The position numbers were made by a program, and so were the translations under genes. A stretch of DNA of 64,000 nucleotides, taken from assembly GCA_963845535.1 (NCBI GenBank), contig CAWJSK010000013.1:32001-96000 (forward strand), in the 5' to 3' direction. The notes under the pieces were generated by a model, which was not told the origin of the DNA, searched no databases, and worked only from the letters and a program-made list of their open reading frames with translations. How positions within the stretch are numbered: the first letter of the stretch is position 1; each line of letters begins with the position of its first letter. Origin of the DNA: an uncultured Spirochaetota bacterium (GTDB lineage: Bacteria; Spirochaetota; Spirochaetia; SZUA-6; Fen-1364). Positions 57,349-64,000 of this stretch are shown here, one piece after another.

Positions 57349-58587
57349 CTAAAAGACCTTGGCCCATTCCGCCTGGGCCTTGGCAGCAGCCTGCTCAGCG
57401 GTCTGCTTGCCATCCAGCATGACCTGGATCTGCTCGTCAAACAATCTCATGAGCTGCTCCGCCTGGGGCAGTCCAACGAACTCGTTGGCAAGGTATCCGT
57501 TCTGGAAAATTTCGAATCCCTTTCCGAAAAGCGGATCAGTGACCACAAAGGAAGGCTTGGCCTTCACGTTGCCGGGGAAAGCATGGGCCAGGGAGACGAG
57601 CTTGCCGTTGATTTCCGGGCTCATGAGGAAGGACACAAGCTTCCACGCGTCCTGCGGGTTCTTGCTGCTTGCGCTGACGCCAATTCCCCACGCGGCGTAC
57701 GGAAGCCCGCGGCGGCCGGTGTAGCCGTCAACGGCCGGAAGGGCCGAGATGGCGAACTTCAGCTTGGGATTGCGTTCACGGATCAGGTTGATGTGGGCCA
57801 GCGTGTCGATCATCATGCCCACGCGGCCGTTGACGAACTCTTCAACCTTGTCCTGTTCCTGCTTGGCAAAAGTTCCCGGAGAGATCACGCCATCCTTGTA
57901 CATGGTCTGCACGAACTTGAGCGCGCTGATGACGTCAGGGTTGGTCAGATCAGGCTTGCCGTCCTTGAGCATGCTCTTGCCGGATGCCCAGACCCATGAC
58001 ATGACATCGTTTTGAACTCCGTTGGGAGTCTGGAGGGAAAGCGGGAGCACCCAACCGTACTGGTTTTTCGACGGCTTCGTGAGCTTCCTTGCATCAGCAA
58101 GGAACTGGCTTCTCGTTTCCGGCGGATTGGCAATGCCTGCCGCCTTTAACAGGTCGAGGTTGACGAACACGGGATAAACGAAGGAGGCAACGGGAAGCAT
58201 GTAGCTGTTGCCGTTTACCTTGATGATGGCGGCGGCCTGGCTGGGGTCCCAGTTGCTGGAAGACATCAGGCTGTCAAGTGACGTGATTGCCCCCTGCTTG
58301 GCCAGGTCATTCACCCAGGCGCCGTCAAGGCCGACAACGTCGCTGAGCGTACCCGTGGCTGCACCGGCCACAATCTGGTCATGCGTCGTAGAGTACGGGC
58401 CGCTGATCAGCTTGACCTTGATGCCGGGGTTCTGGGCTTCGAACTGGTCCATGAGCCCCCGCAACGCTCCCGAAGGAAGCTCCGGTTCCCACCACTGGAT
58501 GAACTCAAGGGTAACATCCTGCGCCCAGACCATGGCTGTCATCATGACCATGGCAATGATGGCCAAAAGGACCTTTTTACGACTCAT
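57349..58587 (-). CDS. Sugar ABC solute-binding protein
   Basis: Signal peptide, FEAQNPGIKVKL, EEFVNGRVGMM; AGGAGG RBS. Confidence 0.92.
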   Translation of the reverse strand: MSRKKVLLAIIAMVMMTAMVWAQDVTLEFIQWWEPELPSGALRGLMDQFEAQNPGIKVKLISGPYSTTHDQIVAGAATGTLSDVVGLDGAWVNDLAKQGAITSLDSLMSSSNWDPSQAAAIIKVNGNSYMLPVASFVYPVFVNLDLLKAAGIANPPETRSQFLADARKLTKPSKNQYGWVLPLSLQTPNGVQNDVMSWVWASGKSMLKDGKPDLTNPDVISALKFVQTMYKDGVISPGTFAKQEQDKVEEFVNGRVGMMIDTLAHINLIRERNPKLKFAISALPAVDGYTGRRGLPYAAWGIGVSASSKNPQDAWKLVSFLMSPEINGKLVSLAHAFPGNVKAKPSFVVTDPLFGKGFEIFQNGYLANEFVGLPQAEQLMRLFDEQIQVMLDGKQTAEQAAAKAQAEWAKVF

Positions 58588-58696
58588 GGAAGTCCTCCTT
58601 ACTAAATATTGATTTGGCTGGCTTATATGGCCGCATCTCCAGATGTGCATATTACGACCAGTTTGAGGCAATGTCAAGTAATTTCTTATAAAAATA

Positions 58697-58724
58697 TCAA
58701 CATCATATGTTCATATGATATTGA
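58697..58724. promoter_or_regulatory. Palindromic operator between divergent operons (candidate DeoR site)
   Basis: TCAACATCATATG-TT-CATATGATATTGA in an AT-rich spacer, next to TTGACA boxes. Confidence 0.6.
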
Positions 58725-58830
58725 AATTGACATTGACATAGTCTGATTATAAAGATATAGTCACGAATAACGTCAGTTGATGTTCGATAATTGGGTTGGA
58801 GTGAGCGCAGTGGATGGGAAAGGAACCAAG

Positions 58831-60024
58831 ATGAACGAGGCAATAGCCTTGGGACTGGGAAACAACATCGACTATGAGATCAAATGGGATTCACATGTAA
58901 TTGAAGCCCAGATTGAGAATTACCAGATATCCATGGAGGAGATCCGTCCGGTCGAGCGTATCGATTCAGTGCGGAATCTGCTCATTTCCATCCTTTATTA
59001 TATGAAGAACGGAACAGGCACGGAGCGCTACGTTGAAAGTCTTCAGGTCCTTACCGAGCTCGCTGAGTGCTTTGCCAAGGATATTACGATAGGAGGAACC
59101 GCGCCCCGGGCGGCCATCGCCTTGAGCAAGATCGGCATTCCCTCTTCGGTGCACCTGGTGACCATCAACGATCATGTCAGGAAGCTCATGCCGAGAGGAG
59201 GGACCTGGTACTGCAGCAACTCCATGGACACGCTGTACCCCCATCTGATCGTCCAATATGAGAACGGGGCCCGCGTGGCCGCCCGTGACGTCGACATTCT
59301 GGCGCCCGTGTCCACCCGTCTGATATACGTCAACGATCATGACAACGAGCTGGTGAAGCTCGAACCGGGATTTTTCGATAATGCCAGGAGCGCAAACGCG
59401 TGCCTCATTTCCGGTTTCAACGCGATGAGGGACGCCAGCCGGCTTCAGGAACGACTGCGCGAGCTATCGGTATTGCTGCAGGCCTTGCCCCAGGCAGTCA
59501 CGGTCTTCTACGAAGATGCGTGCTTTCATAACGCGGACTTCAGGCGCATCGTGCTCGCCGGCCTCTCCTCCCTGCTGGATATCTTCAGCCTCAATGAGGA
59601 CGAGATGCAGGGATACCTCCGTGACAGAATCGATCTGCTGGACCCTCGGAGGATGCTGGAAGCGGTCCGTGCGCTCCGTACGGTAATCACTGTCCCCATT
59701 CTTGTGGTCCATACGCGGCACTGGGCCCTTGCCAGCGGCCCGGACTGCGCCAGGTATTCCGCGGCTTTGAAGAGCGGCATATCCATGGCCGCAACCCGGT
59801 TCAGGCTCGGAGACGGCTTTTCGAAATCCGATTTTTTGGCGACGCACGGTTTTCCACCGCAGGGCAAAGGAGAAGCTTTTGCCCGGGAGATCAACCGGCT
59901 TGGAGACGGGGAGGTCTGCTGCCTTCCCTGCATGGAAGTGGAAGAGAAGAAAGTGACGACGATCGGACTTGGAGATGCATTCGTCGGGGGATTTCTTTCG
60001 ACGATGACACGCGCGGAAAACTGA
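58831..60024 (+). CDS. ADP-dependent glucokinase/phosphofructokinase family protein
   Basis: LGLGNNIDY, IGGTAPRA, ISGFN, SLNEDE, HT..W, TTIGLGDAFVGG. Confidence 0.85.
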   Translation: MNEAIALGLGNNIDYEIKWDSHVIEAQIENYQISMEEIRPVERIDSVRNLLISILYYMKNGTGTERYVESLQVLTELAECFAKDITIGGTAPRAAIALSKIGIPSSVHLVTINDHVRKLMPRGGTWYCSNSMDTLYPHLIVQYENGARVAARDVDILAPVSTRLIYVNDHDNELVKLEPGFFDNARSANACLISGFNAMRDASRLQERLRELSVLLQALPQAVTVFYEDACFHNADFRRIVLAGLSSLLDIFSLNEDEMQGYLRDRIDLLDPRRMLEAVRALRTVITVPILVVHTRHWALASGPDCARYSAALKSGISMAATRFRLGDGFSKSDFLATHGFPPQGKGEAFAREINRLGDGEVCCLPCMEVEEKKVTTIGLGDAFVGGFLSTMTRAEN

Positions 60025-60046
60025 TTTTTCAAGGAGAGGAACGGGA

Positions 60047-60902
60047 ATGAGTATTGTAACAGGCAGAGAGCTGTTGACGGATGCGCGGGCCCGCCACTAC
60101 GCGGTCGCGGCTTTCAATACGAACAACTTGGAATACATGCAAGCAATTCTGGAGGCCGCGGCGGAGCTTTCGTCTCCGGTCATCGTGTCAGCAGCAAAAA
60201 GCGAGATTGACTACATGAACGGGCCGACCTTTGTGGCCATGGTCAGGACGCTCTCCGCGAAGCTCCCCATCCCCATCGCCATCCACCTTGATCATGGCCC
60301 CTCATACGATGAAGCCGTGCGCTGCATCAACTACGGCTTCACGTCCGTGATGTACGACGGGTCACGGTTTCCCCTGGATGAGAACATCGCCGTAACGAAG
60401 AAGGTTGTCGAAGCGGCGCACGCCTGCGGCATCTCCGTGGAGGGTGAGATCGGAGTCATCGGACAGGCTGCGGACAACCCGGAAGGCTTGAAAGCCGAGT
60501 CAGGGCTGGCCTCTCCCGTGGAGTGCGAAAGGTTCGTCAAGGAGACGGGAGTGGATTTCTTTGCGGCCGCAATCGGAAACGCGCATGGCCTGTACGTGGG
60601 CAAGCCGAAGCTCCATTTCGACCGGCTGACGGACATCGCACGGCGCACAGGCGTTCCCCTTGTGCTGCACGGCGGGACGGGTATCCCCGTGGAGGACATC
60701 AAGAAGGCAATCTCCATCAGTGTGGCAAAGATCAATTTCAGCACCATCATGCGGCAAGGATATATAGAAGACAATGAGAAAGACGCTGGACGCCAACCCG
60801 GGGGAGCTGGACCTCATGAAGCTCCTGACCCCGTCGAAGCTCATCATGAAGGAGATCGCCAAACAGCACATCCTGATGTGCGGGTCTGATCACAAGGCCT
60901 GA
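60047..60902 (+). CDS. fba: Class II fructose/tagatose-bisphosphate aldolase; +1 frameshift near 60770
   Basis: AVAAFN, HLDHG, SVMYDGS, VEGEIG, GNAHG, LVLHGGTG, KIN. Shifted frame ends ..LMCGSDHKA*. Confidence 0.88.
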
Positions 60903-60949
60903 TTGGCGAGCGGCGGCACGCGGCGTATACTGCGGCCGGAGCCGAAGAG

Positions 60950-61729
60950 GTGAAGACAAAGGAGTTTCTCGAAGAGAGGAGGATCCGCCTCCTCGAGTAC
61001 ATTAACCGAAATAATCGCGCAGGCGTGGCAGAGCTGGCCTCGAAGTTCGACGTGCCGGAAGCCACCATCCGCCGTGACCTGCTCTTCATGGAAAGCCAGA
61101 ACCTCATCTACCGGACACACGGGGGCGCCATCAGGCGGGACCAACCCTCCCTCTGGAAGACAACCAGTCTCCACGAACGCTCCATCCAGCACAAAGACGA
61201 AAAAGAGCGAATTGCTGATCTCGTCGAACAGCTCGTGCATGACGGTGAAAGCATCATGATTGATGCGGGAAGCACCACCCTCTGCGTTGCCAGGAAACTG
61301 GTCAACAAAAAGAACCTGCTCATCCTTACAAACACGTCGACCATCGGTGAAATCCTCGCGGGGATCAACGACAACAAGGTGATCCTCACTGGCGGCGAGC
61401 TGGTCCAGAGAACCGATGCCACCGTAGGTGTGGCCGCGGAGATGTCCCTTAAGCAGTACCGCACCGACAAGGCCATTATTGGCGTTTCGGGGCTGCTGAT
61501 TGACCAGGGGTTTTTCGCGGCCATCCCCGAAGAAGCCGAAATCAAGCGCCTGATGTCGAAGAACGCACGGGAAACGATTGTCGTCACCGACAGCAGCAAG
61601 ATCGGGACGCGCGCTCTCTGCTTCGTCTGCGATTTCTCCTGCATCACCAAGCTGATAACGGACAAGAATATCTCCCCCGTCGCCGTCGAACAGCTCGTAA
61701 AGGCCGGCGTCGAGGTGTTCAGCGCCTAG
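60950..61729 (+). CDS. DeoR/GlpR regulator
   Basis: ATIRRDL, RTHGGA, IDAGSTT, VTDSSKIG. Confidence 0.93.
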   Translation: MKTKEFLEERRIRLLEYINRNNRAGVAELASKFDVPEATIRRDLLFMESQNLIYRTHGGAIRRDQPSLWKTTSLHERSIQHKDEKERIADLVEQLVHDGESIMIDAGSTTLCVARKLVNKKNLLILTNTSTIGEILAGINDNKVILTGGELVQRTDATVGVAAEMSLKQYRTDKAIIGVSGLLIDQGFFAAIPEEAEIKRLMSKNARETIVVTDSSKIGTRALCFVCDFSCITKLITDKNISPVAVEQLVKAGVEVFSA

Positions 61730-61796
61730 GCGGTTTCTCTTTGCCCGCAAGGGTCTCTTGTGTTAAACTCTCATAGGTGACGGAAAGGGAGGCTCA

Positions 61797-62249
61797 ATGA
61801 GAACTTGGGGGGCGTGTCTCATTTTCCTGTCCTTGGTCTTAATCCCGCTGGGCGCACAGTCAAACCAGGTCTTGGACCAGCTGCTTGATCAGCCGCAGGC
61901 TCACTTTGGGGACGTGGTGTACTTGACGCTTGCCGCAGCGAAAATTGTCCCTGATACCGCAACGCCTGAAGAGGCCATCCAGTCCCTGCAGCAGCAGGGC
62001 TGGAAAGTTTCCGTGCTGCCCGCTGACAGCCCTGTCAACCTCGGGGATTACTCGTATCTCCTCATGAAGGCATTCAAGGTCGGCGGCGGCATCTTCTACA
62101 GCCTTTTCCCGGGCCCGCGATATGCATGTCGTGAGCTGGGATTTCTCAAAGTCATTCCCGCTGATGCACGACCTCTTCGAACGGTCTCCGGGGAGGAGGC
62201 GGTGCGGATCCTCGGCAACTTGCTTGCCCTCAAGGGAGGAACGCCATGA
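61797..62249 (+). CDS. Exported hypothetical protein
   Basis: Signal peptide; GGIFYSLFPGPRYACREL. Confidence 0.8.
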   Translation: MRTWGACLIFLSLVLIPLGAQSNQVLDQLLDQPQAHFGDVVYLTLAAAKIVPDTATPEEAIQSLQQQGWKVSVLPADSPVNLGDYSYLLMKAFKVGGGIFYSLFPGPRYACRELGFLKVIPADARPLRTVSGEEAVRILGNLLALKGGTP

Positions 62250-63586
62250 CGGCATCACGAGCGCTTGCTGTCATGTTTGCCCTGACCATCGGAGGGACGG
62301 CTGCCCTGAGCGGGCTTGATTTCGATGTCGGCGGTTCAATCGACAACTACAGCTCGCTCCCTGTGACGGTGGGTCCGTCAAGCGCAATCTTCGCCGCGGA
62401 CCAGAGGGACAAGGCAGGGGTATGGGCGGAAATGCACCCCGGGCCCACGGTCTCCATCACGGGGGAGGCGAGCTACAACTTCACTCTGCAGGTGCCGTAC
62501 CTGTTCAACCTCGACTACCTGAACGTTCAATGGCGCGCGCTCCCGTGGCTGAATGCCACGCTGGGAAGGTTCACGTTCGCGGATTTCACCGGCTACGTCC
62601 TGAACCATACGCTGGACGGAGCGATGTTTGAGCAGGATTTCTCCGTTGGTAAGGTCACGGAGGCAGTCGGTTATTCGGGACTGATCCTCAAGCCGGTCTC
62701 GTTGATTCTCATGTCGAGCTCCGACAACGCGGACCAGTCGAACACCTCGGTGTATCTTGCGGCGCCGCGGCTCATTGAGAAGGTCGAGGTGCTTTTTACG
62801 GTTCCGGTGAACATCAACGTGTCTCTTCTCCTCCAGCAGGACCTGCGCCCCAGCAGCCAGCTCATCCCCGTGGGGGAACAATACCAGACGGTCACGGGCT
62901 TCTCCGGAGGATCTTTGAACACCGAATACCTGGGACTGGGAGTTTCCGGAGCGTTTGTTTCTTCCTTCTATTACAACGCATTTCTTTACGGCAGCACGGG
63001 AAGCACTCTGTCGTACCTTCCTGATGGTACTTCTGTCACTGGATTCTCCTACCAATACGCTCCCATCTACGCCCTTCTGGGCGGGTTCGGGCTGAAGTAC
63101 TATATGGAGCAGACCCTGTCCTCCCGCCTCGAGTTTCAGGCAGTCTATTCAAGCGGCAATGGGAACGGCACGTCATACCTGGAGGGGAATACATCGAGCT
63201 ATTCGACGATGTTCGTTCCCATCTCCCAACAGATCATTGGCGTTGCGTTCATGCCCCAGCTCGGAAACCTGGTCATGCTGAACTTGAGCTTCTCCCTCAA
63301 GCCTTTGGGGAAGAGTGACACGGTGTGGAAGAACCTCCAGCTTATGGCGAGGGTTCTCTCCTATTTCCGGCCGACCACGGGTCCCATTTCGCAGCCGGGT
63401 CTGAGCTCCACGTCGAGCGCCCTTTACCTGGGAACCGAGCCAGATATAATCGCGAACTTTCGACCTTATTCGGACTTCGGATTGGTCCTTTCCGGGGGAG
63501 TCTTCCTGCCGGAAGGCGGCGCGTTCACGGGCTCTGCGGCACAGCCGACGATTGGCGGCAGGATCGAGTTTTCCTTGAGCTTCTGA
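62246..63586 (+). CDS. Putative outer-membrane beta-barrel protein
   Basis: Signal peptide, amphipathic strands, C-terminal IEFSLSF. Confidence 0.75.
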   Translation: MTASRALAVMFALTIGGTAALSGLDFDVGGSIDNYSSLPVTVGPSSAIFAADQRDKAGVWAEMHPGPTVSITGEASYNFTLQVPYLFNLDYLNVQWRALPWLNATLGRFTFADFTGYVLNHTLDGAMFEQDFSVGKVTEAVGYSGLILKPVSLILMSSSDNADQSNTSVYLAAPRLIEKVEVLFTVPVNINVSLLLQQDLRPSSQLIPVGEQYQTVTGFSGGSLNTEYLGLGVSGAFVSSFYYNAFLYGSTGSTLSYLPDGTSVTGFSYQYAPIYALLGGFGLKYYMEQTLSSRLEFQAVYSSGNGNGTSYLEGNTSSYSTMFVPISQQIIGVAFMPQLGNLVMLNLSFSLKPLGKSDTVWKNLQLMARVLSYFRPTTGPISQPGLSSTSSALYLGTEPDIIANFRPYSDFGLVLSGGVFLPEGGAFTGSAAQPTIGGRIEFSLSF

Positions 63587-63615
63587 GGTATTGTTGAATT
63601 ATGGGAGACGTATAT

Positions 63616-64000
63616 ATGAAAGCATTTATCCTTATGGCAACGGCAGCACTTTTGATTTCCCCGGCCGTTTTCTCCCAGTCCCAGGCAACCCTGACGGAGC
63701 TCACCGGCAAAGTGGAGGTGAAGGCTCCCGGGGGAAACTGGACGCCCGCCGCGGTTGGAACCAAGGTGGCCATGGGTGCCTCGATATCTACGGGGTTCAG
63801 CTCCAGTGCGTTGCTCGACTTGGGGACTTCCACACTGAGAGTGGCGCCGCTGACGAGGATGCAGCTCGTGGACCTTGTTGCCCGACAGGGCAGCGTCTCC
63901 ACGTCGCTTTTCCTCAAGGTGGGCAAGGTGCATGCTGAGGTCAAAAAGGTCGAGGGCCTGCGGCAGAGCTTCACGCTCAAGAGCCCGCAAGCCACCGCCG
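63616..64000 (+). CDS. FecR-domain exported protein; partial, runs off the right edge
   Basis: Hand-translated MKAFILM..LTGKVEVK..W..ISTGFSSSALL..LKVGKVHAEV..FTLKSPQATA. Confidence 0.85.
   Translation, partial: MKAFILMATAALLISPAVFSQSQATLTELTGKVEVKAPGGNWTPAAVGTKVAMGASISTGFSSSALLDLGTSTLRVAPLTRMQLVDLVARQGSVSTSLFLKVGKVHAEVKKVEGLRQSFTLKSPQATA

Overview
GC-rich bacterial DNA, most consistent with a Spirochaetia-like genome (inferred from gene content and repeat type). Several single-base frameshifts in otherwise intact genes suggest long-read errors. The left ~44 kb is an accessory island. It opens with a caspase-like (peptidase C14) gene that the ORF track misses because it runs off the left edge. 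That gene lies downstream of a 57-aa microprotein, and both are divergent from an XRE-ImmA/IrrE + PIN pair across a palindromic promoter. About a dozen intact or decayed toxin-antitoxin modules follow, mixed with a Xer-like tyrosine recombinase and a miniature deleted copy of it, a complete ISAzo13-family IS, and small cargo blocks (glpFK, regulators, hydrolases, MoxR/vWA, an altered PolX). Seven co-oriented structured GC-rich repeats (Flavo-1-like) and several direct-repeat gene fragments punctuate the island. The right ~20 kb is more ordinary: signalling genes, radC, two sugar ABC clusters (one with an ADP-dependent kinase, a class II aldolase and DeoR) and an outer-membrane/FecR cluster. 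No rRNA, tRNA, CRISPR array or canonical integron was found.
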